Of a stretch of 64,000 nucleotides of DNA, positions 12,559-23,307 are shown one piece after another. The translations under genes were made by a program, and so were the position numbers. The notes beneath the pieces are model-generated. The model did not search any database and was not told the DNA's origin. It worked only from the letters and a program-made list of their open reading frames with translations. Origin of the DNA: an uncultured delta proteobacterium (GTDB lineage Bacteria; Myxococcota_A; Polyangia; Polyangiales; Polyangiaceae); assembly GCA_963806225.1 (NCBI GenBank), contig CAWDXG010000004.1, forward strand, positions 3,104,001 through 3,168,000, given 5' to 3'. Every line of letters begins with the position of its first letter. The first letter of the stretch is position 1.

Positions 12559-13077
12559 GTGAAGAGCGGGGAACAGCGCGCTGCCGCGGTCGGAGATTCG
12601 CCGAAGGCACCCGACGTGGAGCGGCTGCGCCGCGAGCTGGACACCTACATGTCCAAGCACAACCTCCGCTCCACCGAGCAGCGGCGTCTCATCATCGACA
12701 TGTTCTTCGATGCCGCCGAGCACGTGACGATCGACCAGCTTCTGGAGCGGGTCCGTTCCTCCGACCCGCGCATCGGCTACGCGACCGTGTACCGCACGAT
12801 GAAGATGCTCAGCGACGGCGGAATTGCACACGAGCGCCGCTTCGGCGACGGGTTCACGCGCTACGAGCTCGCCGACGACGAAGCGCATCACGACCACCTC
12901 ATCTGCATCGAGTGCGGGCGCATCACCGAGTTCGAGGAGCCGCTCATCGAGGAGCTGCAGGAGCGAGTGGCGGCCCGGTACGACTTCCAGGTCGAAAGCC
13001 ACAAGCACGAGCTCTACGGCGTGTGCCGGGATTGCCAGAAGAAGGCGAACCAGAAGAAGAAGCGGACCCACAACTGA
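12559..13077 (+). CDS. Fur-family metalloregulator (Fur/Zur/PerR)
   Basis: LRSTEQRRLII, ATVYRTM, HHDHLICIECG and LYGVCRDC. GTG start inferred. Confidence 0.92.
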   Translation: MKSGEQRAAAVGDSPKAPDVERLRRELDTYMSKHNLRSTEQRRLIIDMFFDAAEHVTIDQLLERVRSSDPRIGYATVYRTMKMLSDGGIAHERRFGDGFTRYELADDEAHHDHLICIECGRITEFEEPLIEELQERVAARYDFQVESHKHELYGVCRDCQKKANQKKKRTHN

Positions 13078-13155
13078 CCGCGGTCACGCCATCGGGTTGC
13101 CGATGCACCGCCGGCGGCGTATGCCTTCGAGGCTGCAACAGCGAGGGAGGCATCT

Positions 13156-16084
13156 GTGACACGACGCACACGCTATTTCTGGGGCATGTCCGCGCTGCTC
13201 TGCGCCCTGGGCAGCGCCGCGGCATGCGGGTCCGGAAAGTCGAACGGGGGCGGCGGGGGGACGGGCACGCCCTCGTCCGCGGGCCCCTACGGCAACCGTA
13301 CGCAGGTCACTTCGAGCGCACACCTCGACAAGCTCGGCGCGCAGGTCGACGTGGTCCGCGACCAGTGGGGCATGGTGCACATCTTCGGCAAGACTCTGAC
13401 CGACACGATGCGCGCGCAGGGCTACATGGAAGCGCACGATCGCGCCGGGGAGATCGAGTTGTTCCGGCGCGTGGGCGAAGGGCGGCTGGCGGAGCTGTTC
13501 GGCAATCTGGACGCAGTCGATCGTCGATCAGGACATCGCCTACCGCGTGCTGGGCTTCACCCAGACCGCGCAGAAGTTCTACGCTGCCCTGCCGGCCGGT
13601 TCCCAGGAAAAGCTCGTCCTCGACGCTTTCGCCGACGGCGTCGACCAGTACTTCGCCAAGCTCAGGAACGGGACCGAGAAGCTGCCAGCAGCGCTACTCG
13701 CCTGGAAGGGCGACATGTTCACGCCTTTCACCCCGGTGGACGTAATCTGCATCGCTCTTCTCGAAGGAGACGACCAGGGGTTCACCGCCGATCAGGACGT
13801 GGCGACGACCCAGCTGGTCGACGACATCCGCAGCGTCTTCAACACCTCCTCGAGCGATCCCGCGGTCGTGGCACGCGCCGGGTTCATCCAGGACATGTTG
13901 CGCTTCGCGCCGGCCGATCCGACCACGCCGATGAAGGGCTTCCCGGACGACCCCATGAGCAGCGCGCTCCGGATTCCGGCCCCCGGCACGCCCAGGGCGC
14001 TGCCCCGGAGCCTCGCGAAAAAGCCGGCCAAGCCGAAGAACCCCGTCATCTCGCGGAAGGCGCTCGACGCCACCAACGGTTTCCAGGCAGCGCTGATGCG
14101 CGTACGGAAGCTGATGGGCGTCCTCGGCGGCCGCGCTTCCAACAACTGGGTGGTCGGGCCGTCGAAGACCGCCAGCGGTCACGTGCTGGTTTCAAACGAC
14201 CCGCACATGACGCTGAACTCGCCGTCCATCATGTGGCCGGTGCACGTATCGGCCGAGGACAACGGCCAGGGCAAGCCCTACGACGTGGCAGGCGTCGAGG
14301 TACCGGGACTACCGGCCGTGGTCATCGGCTTCAACAAGAACGTCGGCTGGGGGCTCACCAACGCCTACTACGACCAGTCCGACGCCTACCAGGAGACGAT
14401 CGCCCAGGACGGCAAGGGCGTGATGTTCAAGGGGCAGGAAGTCGCGTTCCAGACCCGGAAAGAGACCGTCAAGATCCACGGCTCGCCGGACTACACGTTC
14501 GACGTGCAGGTCGTGCCGCATCACGGCCCGATCATGCCGGACATCGTGAATCACAAGGTGCAGCCCACGGCGGCCGGCGGGAACGCCATCAGCATGCGCT
14601 GGGCAACGCTCGAGGGAGGCAAGTTCCTCAACGCACTGCTCGGACTGAACCAGGCCGAAAGCGTGGACGAGGCGCGCAGGGCGCTGCTCGACTGGGACCT
14701 CGCCTTCTTCAACATGGTGATCGGCGACTCGAGCGGCAACATCTACTACAGCACGCAGTCGCTGGTACCGGTGCGCGACAAGCGCGCCTTCACCTGGGAT
14801 CCGACCACCTTCACCGGCACGCTGCCCAACATGGTCGAACCGGGCGACGGCACGGCGGAATGGACCGGGTATCTGGACGAGCGCTACGTGCCGCACGAGA
14901 AGAATCCCGCCGCGGGCTACATCGCGACCGCCAACGGCGACCAGATCGGCGCCACGCTCGACAACGACCCGTCGAACGCGACGCTGCCGGACGGCACCCC
15001 GATGATCCTGAGCGCCGACTACGCCATCGGTTTCCGCGTCGGCCGCATCTACAAGCGGCTCGCCAGCGCCGGCAACAAGATGACGCTCGACACCATGGCG
15101 AACATCCAGGCGGACGTGAAATCGCCGCTCGGCTCGCGCCTGGTGCCACGCCTCCTCACCGCGCTCCAGCACGCCGAGGAAGAGAAGACCACGCCGGGCT
15201 CGCATCCGGACCTGACCGCGGACGTGAAGAGCGCGGGCTACGCGGCCGCAGACATCCCCGACATCATCAACACATTGACGAAGTGGGGAGCGGACTCCGA
15301 CTACGACGAGGAGTCCGGCATGAACCCGGATGACAACAGCCTGGCGACCGACGCCAAGGAGGCGAACGCGGCCAAGGCGGACCTGATCTTCAACGACTGG
15401 TTCGTGCGCGAGCTGAACTACGTATTCGGCGACGAGGACCAGCTCCTGAAGAAGGCACCCGACCGCGACCACCAGATCAAGGCCTACCTCCGGATGGTGA
15501 CCGCTACGCCGACGGACCTGGCGACGTACGACGCCAGCACAGGCCAGAGCGCCCTGTGGGACGACATGAACACGCCCAACGTGGTCGAGACGCCCGACGA
15601 GCGCATGCTGATCGCGATGATCACCGCGACGGCGGATGTGCAGAAGGCACTCGGCAGCGACCGGAACGGGTGGCGCTGGGGCAAGCTGCACACCATCACC
15701 CTGCCGCCGTGGCTTCCGCTGTGGCAGGTCGCCATTCCGTCCGCCAACGACCCGCACTTCCCGAAGGGTTTCCCGCGGCACGGCGGGCTGTACACGGTGG
15801 ACGTGGCCAACTACCCCGCCCTCCGCGATCTGACCCAGAAGCTCTTGTTCACCTACGCGTTCGGTCCCGCCACGCGCTTCGTGGTCGAGCTGGACCCCGC
15901 TGGTCCCAAGGCGCGCCAGGCCATCCCGGGTGGCGCGAGCGCGGATCCGAGCAGTCCGCACTACGCCGACGACATGGAGCACTGGCGCCGCAACGAGAAC
16001 CACCCGATCCCGTTCAGCAAGGACGACGTGGCTACCGACAGCGCGGAGAAGGACAACGGCGAGCACATCCTGCTGACGCCCTGA
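13156..16084 (+). CDS. Penicillin acylase-family (S45) Ntn hydrolase lipoprotein; frameshift near 13520
   Basis: Lipobox-like AAAC, VVRDQWGMVHI, AQGYMEAHDR, nucleophile motif SNNWVVGPSKTASG, NDPHM and WRWGKLH. Confidence 0.9.
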
Positions 16085-16091
16085 GGACGAT

Positions 16092-16727
16092 CTACGAGGC
16101 GAGCACGCCGCTCACGTCGATCACGCGCGCGTCCGTCACCACAACGTCGCACGCGACGTCGTGCGGTGTGCTCGGCACCTCGGCGAGCAGCTGGAAATCG
16201 AAGGCGACCACGACCGAGCGCGCAGGCGGGCACACGTCGGGCAGCGTCGCGTCGTAGTAGCCCGCGCCGTATCCGATGCGATGACCGTCCTCGGCCGCTG
16301 CGAGCGCGGGAACGACGACCAGATCGAGATCTCCGCGTCGGGCTGCAGGCGCATCGGGCGGCGGCTCGCTGAAGCCGCGCCCGCGCTCCTCGAGCAGCGA
16401 CGCATCGTCGACGCGACGGAAGCCGGTGCGGTAGCCGCCGTCCGAATTGTCCATGAACGGGTAGTAGACGGCCTTGCCCGCCTGGCGCAGAGCGGCATCG
16501 AGCGCCCTGAGGTCGACCTCGTGTTGGGCCTGCATGGGCCAGAACAGCGCCACGCTCCCGGCCATCGACAGCAGCGACAAGGCCTCCAGCCGCTCGACAA
16601 TCCGCGCGCTCCTTTCGCCGAGAGCCCGTGCGGAAATGGCGAGTCGCACGCCGCGCATGCGGGTACGGAGCTGTTTCTTGGCCCGCGCGCGGAGATCCGC
16701 GAGCGCTTCGGGGTCGATGTCCGGCAC
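16092..16727 (-). CDS. 5-formyltetrahydrofolate cyclo-ligase
   Basis: KKQLRTRM, EVD, DLVVVPALA, RIGYGAGYYD and PHDVACDVVVT. Confidence 0.92.
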   Translation of the reverse strand: MPDIDPEALADLRARAKKQLRTRMRGVRLAISARALGERSARIVERLEALSLLSMAGSVALFWPMQAQHEVDLRALDAALRQAGKAVYYPFMDNSDGGYRTGFRRVDDASLLEERGRGFSEPPPDAPAARRGDLDLVVVPALAAAEDGHRIGYGAGYYDATLPDVCPPARSVVVAFDFQLLAEVPSTPHDVACDVVVTDARVIDVSGVLAS

Positions 16728-16882
16728 TACTGCGGGTTCTACCACCCCACAGAGCGGGCGGTCCGGCCCGCCGGAACACACCTTGTCCGGGCGGGGCACT
16801 GCCGCTAGGCTTCGCGGCCACCCATGCGCATGCGGAGCGTCCACCCGAGGCGCTGCCAGAAGTCGCGACGAGGAACGACCGG

Positions 16883-17578
16883 ATGAAGACGGTCGCCATC
16901 GTGCCGGCGTACCAGGCCGGGGCCAGCGTAGCCCGCGTGGTCACCGGTCTGCTCAAGCTGTGGCCGGACCAGCCAGGCAAGGCCGCCGTCATCGTGGTCG
17001 ATGATGGCTCGACCGACGACACGGCCGAGCAGGCGCGCGCTGCCGGCGCACATGTTGTCCGTCATAGCGAGAACCGCGGCAAGGGCGCCGCGCTGCGTAC
17101 CGCTCTCATGGAGGCGCTCGAGCTCGGCGCGGAGATGGCGGTGAGCGTGGACGCCGATGCCCAGCACCCGCCCGAGGAAGCGCTGCGCCTCGCGCTGGAC
17201 CCTGCGCCCCCCGACGCGCTCGTGCTGGGCGTGCGCAACCTCGGGCGGGACGGTGCGCCGCGAGCCAACCGCATCTCCAACGGCATCTCCAACTTCTTCC
17301 TGTCGCTGTTCTCGCGGCGACCGCTGGCCGACACGCAGTGCGGGCTGCGCCGCTATCCGGTGCGCGCATCACTGGCCCTGGACGCACGGGCGGACGGCTA
17401 CGCCTACGAGGCGGAAATCGTGCTCAGAGCTGCCCGCGCAGGATGGAAGATCGCACAGGTGCCGGTGCGGGTGCTGTATCCGGACGAGCGCATCTCGCAC
17501 TTCCACGTGGTCCGGGATCCGGCCCGCATCGTGGCTCGCGTGGTGGCCACCCTGGTGAGCGCTCCGGGCCCACGATGA
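16883..17578 (+). CDS. Glycosyltransferase family 2
   Basis: IVPAYQ, VVDDGSTD, NRGKGAAL, VDADAQH, DTQCGLRRYP and RISHF. Confidence 0.92.
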   Translation: MKTVAIVPAYQAGASVARVVTGLLKLWPDQPGKAAVIVVDDGSTDDTAEQARAAGAHVVRHSENRGKGAALRTALMEALELGAEMAVSVDADAQHPPEEALRLALDPAPPDALVLGVRNLGRDGAPRANRISNGISNFFLSLFSRRPLADTQCGLRRYPVRASLALDARADGYAYEAEIVLRAARAGWKIAQVPVRVLYPDERISHFHVVRDPARIVARVVATLVSAPGPR

Positions 17579-19026
17579 AGGGATTTTTCGGCCGCCACAA
17601 GAAGAAGCTGATCGCGCTGGCCCTGCTCGTCGCAATCCCGCTCGTGGCGCATGTCGCGATCGGGCACGCCGCGCGGCTCACGCCTCCCGCGATCACGCTG
17701 CCGCACGAGAAAGTCACCCATCCCCGCCCCGGGCTGCGCGTGATGGGGCGGGACTACGCCAGACGGCGCGGCAGCATCTTCGAAGTGCGGCTCGTCGGGA
17801 CCCCGACCGAAATCGGCTACTCGCACTCCACCCTGCTCTATCCCGAGATGGTCGAGAACGAGGGTATCGTGTGGAACCTGTTCCGCGACTACGTCCCCAG
17901 CAGCGTCGCACGCACGCTGCTCCTGGACCTGGCGCAGTTCCGCTACCGCCACCTCGACGAGGACATGAGCCTGGCACGCAAGCGCGAGATCGCGGCGCGC
18001 GCGGCCGGCTTCTCGCCCGATCCCTACAAGCAGTACTTCGATACCTACCAGCGCTTCGTGTACCTGGATGCGCTGTACGACATCTCGCTCTCGTTCGAAC
18101 ATTCACCGCTCATCGGCTGCACCACCTTCGCGCTCACCGGCAAGGCCGTGGCGGGCGGCGGTACGCTCCTGGCACGCAACTTCGACTTCGAAGCCGACGA
18201 CATCTTCGACACGAAGAAGGTGGTCTTCCTCGTCGAACAGAACGGCAAGATCCCCTTCGCATCGGTGGCCTGGCCGGGGCTGATCGGCGTTCTGAGCGGC
18301 ATGAACGAAAAGGGGTTGGCGGTGGTGGTGCACGGCGGGCGCGCCGGCCAGCCCCGCACGCACGGCGAGCCGGTGGCGCACGCGCTGAGGCGCGTACTGC
18401 AGACGGCGACGACCACCGACGAGGCCATCGCCGCGCTGGCCCAGCACGAACCGATGGTGAGCCACATCGTGATCGTGGCCGACGCCCAGGGGCACACCGC
18501 CAGAGTGGAGCGCGTTCCGGGGCGACCCCAGTACGTTCGGCGCCTGGGCGAGAAGGCGACCGTAACGAATCACTTCGAAGGGCCGTCGGCCTCGGATCCG
18601 AAGAACATCGCGGTCCGGAAGAAGACCTCGACGCTGCCCCGGCGGCGGCGCGGCGACGAGCTGCTCGCAAAGCTCGATCACCCGGCCACCGTGGCGGACG
18701 CCGTCGCGCTGCTCCGCGATCGCCGCGGCGTCGGCGGAAAGAAGCTCCCGCTCGGCGACCGGCGCGCTATCAACGCCCTCATCGCCACCCACGGCGTGGT
18801 GATGGACACCACGCATCGCACGCTATGGGTGAGCGAAGCTCCGCATCTGCTCGGCCGCTTCATCGAGTTCGATCTGCGGCGGTTGCTCGATCCGCATTTC
18901 AATCCGCTGACGGACGAGCCGCCGCTCACGGCCATCCCTGCCGACCCGCTGCTCCAGAGCGGCGCCTACGCCCGCTGGCGCAAGCAGCACCCCAAGCGCC
19001 ACGAGCTCCCCGCGACCGCCCGCTAG
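17575..19026 (+). CDS. C45-family autoproteolytic acyltransferase/hydrolase with N-terminal membrane anchor
   Basis: ATGA overlap with the GT2 gene. G-CTTF nucleophile site, ARNFDF, SGMNEKGL and TNHF. Confidence 0.88.
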   Translation: MKGFFGRHKKKLIALALLVAIPLVAHVAIGHAARLTPPAITLPHEKVTHPRPGLRVMGRDYARRRGSIFEVRLVGTPTEIGYSHSTLLYPEMVENEGIVWNLFRDYVPSSVARTLLLDLAQFRYRHLDEDMSLARKREIAARAAGFSPDPYKQYFDTYQRFVYLDALYDISLSFEHSPLIGCTTFALTGKAVAGGGTLLARNFDFEADDIFDTKKVVFLVEQNGKIPFASVAWPGLIGVLSGMNEKGLAVVVHGGRAGQPRTHGEPVAHALRRVLQTATTTDEAIAALAQHEPMVSHIVIVADAQGHTARVERVPGRPQYVRRLGEKATVTNHFEGPSASDPKNIAVRKKTSTLPRRRRGDELLAKLDHPATVADAVALLRDRRGVGGKKLPLGDRRAINALIATHGVVMDTTHRTLWVSEAPHLLGRFIEFDLRRLLDPHFNPLTDEPPLTAIPADPLLQSGAYARWRKQHPKRHELPATAR

Positions 19027-20189
19027 TGCCCGCCGAGGCCGAACCAGGCGCCGCCACAAGCCAGGGCGAAGGCGACGGGCGCGACGGCCAGGGCGAACAC
19101 CACGGCGATCGGCGCGGTCACGGACAGCATCGCCAGAACGGCCGCGATCGCGAGCCCGGCGCCCATAGCCGGCTCCAGCACGCTGGTCGCCGCGCTGGCC
19201 CGCGCCACCAGATAGCCGGCGATGGGAAAGGCCGACAGGATTGCCGACCCGATCAGCACGAGTGGGCCGCTCGAGCGCACGTCGGCCTCGTCGGCCATCG
19301 CGAAGTCGATGCCGATGCGGTGCCCGGCGAAGACCGCCAGCGCGATCATCGCGATCATGACGCCCATCGTCACCAGCGTGCCGATGGCGATCCAGTGCAG
19401 CATCAGCGGCCGGTCGCTGCGCTCGAGCGACCGGCGCATGGCGCGCAGCGACGGCGGCTCCGGCAGCGTCGCCAGCACGCGCCCCGAGAGCGGACCCGAG
19501 AAGGGACCGGACGAATCGGGACGCGGAGCCACGTCGCGCAGCGCGATCCACGCGAACATGCCCATCGCGCCGAGCATCGGCAACGCCACTACCAGGAAAC
19601 CCGGTCCGCGCCCGAATACGATGTGATCGTACAGTCCGTGGAGCAGCATCGCCGACAGCCAGGCGACGGAGAACCAGCGCCCGCGGCTCTGCCGGCCGCT
19701 GCCGAGCGCGTAGCCCCACATCCCGGCGAAGAACAGATGCGCGGGTGCGCCCAGCGCCTCGCGGGCCAGAGCCAACGCACTCCCGGGTCCGGCCCACATC
19801 GCCCACACCGCCTCGGCACACGCGAAGCCGGCGGCGGCGGTCGCTGCGTAGGCCAGGCCAAGCCTGGGACCGCTGATGTGCCGCGTGCGATACATCGGCC
19901 ACACCACGAGCACCTTCAGCGCTTCCTCGAGCGGCGCGGCGAGCAGGAACGTCGCCATCAGCGCGCCGGCCTCCCCGACGCGAGCGGCCTCGAACCCGAG
20001 GTCCGTCCAACCGAGCACCAACCGTTCGACGTACATGGCGAAGGCTCCCGCCGCCACGCCGCCGATCGCCACGTACACCGCAAGCCGCACCGGCACGTGG
20101 CGGCGACGGCTGATCCGGCGCCACAGCCACGCCACGATCAGGAGCGGCAGCGCTCCGACAGCGACGCTCGAGAGGACCCGCAGCAGCAT
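19023..20189 (-). CDS. PrsW-family intramembrane glutamic protease
   Basis: APLEEALK, GFACAE, AHLFFAG and LLHGLYD motifs with multiple transmembrane helices. Confidence 0.85.
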   Translation of the reverse strand: MLLRVLSSVAVGALPLLIVAWLWRRISRRRHVPVRLAVYVAIGGVAAGAFAMYVERLVLGWTDLGFEAARVGEAGALMATFLLAAPLEEALKVLVVWPMYRTRHISGPRLGLAYAATAAAGFACAEAVWAMWAGPGSALALAREALGAPAHLFFAGMWGYALGSGRQSRGRWFSVAWLSAMLLHGLYDHIVFGRGPGFLVVALPMLGAMGMFAWIALRDVAPRPDSSGPFSGPLSGRVLATLPEPPSLRAMRRSLERSDRPLMLHWIAIGTLVTMGVMIAMIALAVFAGHRIGIDFAMADEADVRSSGPLVLIGSAILSAFPIAGYLVARASAATSVLEPAMGAGLAIAAVLAMLSVTAPIAVVFALAVAPVAFALACGGAWFGLGGH

Positions 20190-20291
20190 CAGTGTTCCGC
20201 TACATGAAGGAGCACGACGTGGCTACGGACCAGGAACCGGGCTCGCCGGTCGCGGTCCACTGACGTGCTTCGTCCAGCCGGGAGGCAACCA

Positions 20292-21095
20292 CTAGAAATG
20301 CAGTCCGATCACGCCGGTCAGGCTGACCGCAGCGCCGATGCTGGAGCCGTCGGCCTTGTATACGTCGGCGGCCGCCTGCGAGGTGGTGCTCGATTTGAGC
20401 TTGGCAGGGTCCACGCCGGGGCGCGTGAGGCCGAGCATCTCCCCGGTCAGGTTCGCGCCCACCGAGAACATCGGCGTGATGTAGAAATCGAGGCCGGCAC
20501 CGGCGCGGATATTGTAGCCGGTGATGCTCACGCCCGCGCTGTTCAAGTCACTGCCGAGATTGCCCGCGCTGAACGACCCGAGCGAGGCGTAGCCGCCGGC
20601 CAGGGTGAAGTAGGGCTCCAGGTTACCGAGGGGAATGTGCAGCCCGACCTCGCCGTCGAGCGTCCACAGCTGCCAGTCGCTGAAGTTGCCCATGCGGAAG
20701 CGAGCACCCAGCGTCAGGAACACCAACCGGAAGCCCAGCCCGCCGCCGTACATCAGGCCGGTCTGCGTCGACTTGACGACGTTCGCGTCGACGAGGTTGT
20801 TCGCCTTGAACGTCTGCAGGCCGAGGTGCTCCATGCCGATCTCGCCGTTCAGATAGAAGAACTCGAGCCCGCGCCCCGAGTCCTCCTTCTCGGACTTGTT
20901 GAGCTCCTGCTCGGTCTGCACTTCGGACGAGTTCTGGTTTTCCTGCGTGGTGGACGGCGGCGCGAGACCTCCCGCACTCATCCCACCGTTTCCGTCGGCA
21001 GGCGGCGGCGTCGTCTGCCCGTAGCCCTGCGCCAGGACGACCCCCGGAGCCATTGCTGTCACCCCCAGCGCGACCAGACCGGCAAGGATCTTCAT
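20292..21095 (-). CDS. Outer-membrane beta-barrel protein (small, about 8 strands)
   Basis: Signal peptide, amphipathic strands (LEPYFTLAGGY, AGAGLDFYITP) and C-terminal GLHF. Confidence 0.8.
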   Translation of the reverse strand: MKILAGLVALGVTAMAPGVVLAQGYGQTTPPPADGNGGMSAGGLAPPSTTQENQNSSEVQTEQELNKSEKEDSGRGLEFFYLNGEIGMEHLGLQTFKANNLVDANVVKSTQTGLMYGGGLGFRLVFLTLGARFRMGNFSDWQLWTLDGEVGLHIPLGNLEPYFTLAGGYASLGSFSAGNLGSDLNSAGVSITGYNIRAGAGLDFYITPMFSVGANLTGEMLGLTRPGVDPAKLKSSTTSQAAADVYKADGSSIGAAVSLTGVIGLHF

Positions 21096-21151
21096 GGAGC
21101 CGATCGTAGCAGGCCGGCCCGGCGGCGCCCAAATGGGCGGAATTCATGCAA

Positions 21152-22021
21152 TCAACGCCAGGCGGGGACGCGATCGAGCAGGCGGCGCTCGCCGATCTCG
21201 CCGCACAGGGCTTCGAGGCCGGCGCGGTCGGCCCCGCGCCACTTCATGTCGCCGAGAGACTCGTCGAGCGCTACGTCGGTGCGGAGTGTGGCGAGACGGC
21301 GGTAGAGCAGCGCTTCCGTTCGCTTTAGAGCGAGGTTCTGCGCGAGCGCGGCGGCGCCGCGGACCTTCACGTCCCAGTCGGCCTCGCTTTCGGGGATGGC
21401 CTCCAGGTGCTCGTAGCGGGCGAGCACCGCGGCGGTCGACTTGGCACCCCAGCGCGGAATGCCGGGCAAGCCGTCGGCGCTGTCGCCGACCAGCGCGAGG
21501 TAGTCGGGGATGGACGCAGGCGGCACGCCGAAGCGCTCCGCGACACCGGACTCGTCGGTGACGCGCCTGCGCATGCGATCGAGGCACACGACCTTCCGGC
21601 CGCGCACGCACTGGGTGAGATCCTTGTCGGGCGAACAGATAACGACCTGCTCGACACCCTGCGCGTCGGCGAAGCGCGCCGCGGCGGTGGCCAGTGCGTC
21701 GTCGGCTTCGAACTCGACCATGCGCCAGCACACGATGCCGAGCGCCTCGCAGGCGCGTTCGGCGAGCGGGAACTGGGACAGCAGTTCCGGATCGATGCCC
21801 TCGCCCGTCTTGTAGCCGTCGAACAGCTGGTTGCGGAATGATTCGATCACGTGGTCGAAAGCGCAGCCGACATGCGTGACGTCCGGTTCGCGCAGCAGCG
21901 AGAGCAGGCTGGCGAGGATCCCGCGGGTCGCGCCCACCTCGTGCCCGTCGGCGACGGAGGAAGGCGCGCCGTAGTAGGCGCGGAACAACTCGTAGGTGCC
22001 GTCGACGAGATGGAGCTTCAT
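21152..22021 (-). CDS. Stand-alone 5'-3' exonuclease / flap endonuclease
   Basis: LHLVDGTYELFRAY, YKTG, EADD, DKDLTQ and LALVGDSADGLPGIPRWGAKST (H3TH motif). Confidence 0.92.
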   Translation of the reverse strand: MKLHLVDGTYELFRAYYGAPSSVADGHEVGATRGILASLLSLLREPDVTHVGCAFDHVIESFRNQLFDGYKTGEGIDPELLSQFPLAERACEALGIVCWRMVEFEADDALATAAARFADAQGVEQVVICSPDKDLTQCVRGRKVVCLDRMRRRVTDESGVAERFGVPPASIPDYLALVGDSADGLPGIPRWGAKSTAAVLARYEHLEAIPESEADWDVKVRGAAALAQNLALKRTEALLYRRLATLRTDVALDESLGDMKWRGADRAGLEALCGEIGERRLLDRVPAWR

Positions 22022-23307
22022 GACCCGCTTCGCGCGCCGGACTGCGCTAGCCTGAGCCCGAGCGGGACCTGGCGGATTTCCGGCAGGTAGAAGTTGCGGA
22101 AACAGGAGCGTGCGATCTCCTGCTCTGTCAGGAAGCTGCCGCCGCGCGCGACTCGATGGCGACCGTCGAACCAGGGCTGGCTGTAGCCCTGGTACGGCTG
22201 CGACGAGAAGCCCGGATACGGCTGGAACACGTCGGCCGTCCACTCCCACACCCCGCCGGCCATGTCCTCGACGCCCGACGCGGCAGTGCCTTCGCCAACC
22301 TCGCCGGGCAGCGTGGCATCCAGGGTCGCGAGCCCGAGATTTGCGGACGCACCCGGGGCGTCGCCCCAGGGCCAGCGGTTCTTCCGCCCCCGCGCTGCGT
22401 CCCAGCTCGCGGCATGCTCCCACTCGGCTTCGCTGGGCAATCGCGCGCCGGCAAAGCGCGCAAAGGCCTGGGCCTCGTGCCACGACACGTGACAGACCGC
22501 GCGCTCGGGCTCCACCGGGCGCACGCCGCCGAGCGAGCGGCGCTGCCAGCCGTCGCCTGTCTGCTGCCAGAAAAGCGGGGCCCGGACGGCGTGCTTCCGC
22601 CTCCACTTCGCCCCTTCAGGGGTCCACAAGCGGTCGTCTTCGTAGCCGCCCGCGCGCATGAACTCGAGCCACGACGCGTTTTCGACGGGGCGGCGCATGA
22701 TGCGGTAGTCGACAAGCGTGATCTCGCGCGCGGGCCGTTCGTTGTCCCAGGAATCGGGATCGCCGTCGACGCCCAGCACGAAGCGCCCACCCGCCAGCGG
22801 AACGAAATCGCGCTCTGCCGACCCAGGCTGTATCCGCGGCGGAGCTGATTCCAGGTAGAGCTCTCCGAGCAAGCGCACGACGCCGATGATCTCGGCGTGC
22901 TGCCGCTCGTGGTTGGCGAGGAAGCGGAACACGTAGCCGCCGCCGAGAAGCTCGTCCCCGGCATCGAGATCGGCGCGCTGGAGCAGCGCCAGGGTGCGCT
23001 CCCGCACGTGTTCCGCATAGGCGAAGAGCTCGACCGGCGTTGCCAGGCGACGGCCGCGTTGCTGCTTCACGCTCTCGAAGGAATCGAAAAGGTCATCCAG
23101 CGAGGCATCGATGGGCGGCTCGCCGCCCGCGCGGCGCAGCGCCCAGCACTCTTCCTGCCAGGCCAAGTGCCCCACGTGCCAGCCGATAGGGGAAAATAGC
23201 GGGTCGTACTGCCGCCGCAGCTCTTCTTCGCCGAGCCCCTCCGAGAGGCGCAGCGTCGTCGCGCGCGCCGCTTCGAGCGCACGCGCGAGCTCGGTCCGGA
23301 GATTCAC
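22018..23307 (-). CDS. egtB: Ergothioneine sulfoxide synthase (DinB_2 + FGE-sulfatase domains)
   Basis: SPIGWHVGH, HERQHAE iron-binding His residues, RLPSEAEWE, GVWEWT and RGGSF. Flanked by egtC and egtD. Confidence 0.9.
   Translation of the reverse strand: MNLRTELARALEAARATTLRLSEGLGEEELRRQYDPLFSPIGWHVGHLAWQEECWALRRAGGEPPIDASLDDLFDSFESVKQQRGRRLATPVELFAYAEHVRERTLALLQRADLDAGDELLGGGYVFRFLANHERQHAEIIGVVRLLGELYLESAPPRIQPGSAERDFVPLAGGRFVLGVDGDPDSWDNERPAREITLVDYRIMRRPVENASWLEFMRAGGYEDDRLWTPEGAKWRRKHAVRAPLFWQQTGDGWQRRSLGGVRPVEPERAVCHVSWHEAQAFARFAGARLPSEAEWEHAASWDAARGRKNRWPWGDAPGASANLGLATLDATLPGEVGEGTAASGVEDMAGGVWEWTADVFQPYPGFSSQPYQGYSQPWFDGRHRVARGGSFLTEQEIARSCFRNFYLPEIRQVPLGLRLAQSGARSGS

Noticed and set aside
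10285..13077. Long antisense and alternate-frame ORFs (e.g. 10285-12120, 10702-12558, and similar ones throughout the window)
   Set aside because: These are shadow ORFs caused by stop-codon scarcity in high-GC DNA. They are Arg/Ala/Pro-rich, have no motifs, and overlap well-supported genes.
16728..16882. 6S RNA upstream of the 5-formyl-THF cyclo-ligase
   Set aside because: The gap is only about 155 nt, is shared with a divergent gene, and shows no long rod-like complementarity.
20210..20270. Imperfect long hairpin as a possible ncRNA
   Set aside because: Short interrupted GC stems (GAGCACG/CGTGCTT, GGACC/GGTCC, ACCGG/CCGGT) are expected by chance at this GC content, and no known RNA motif is recognisable.
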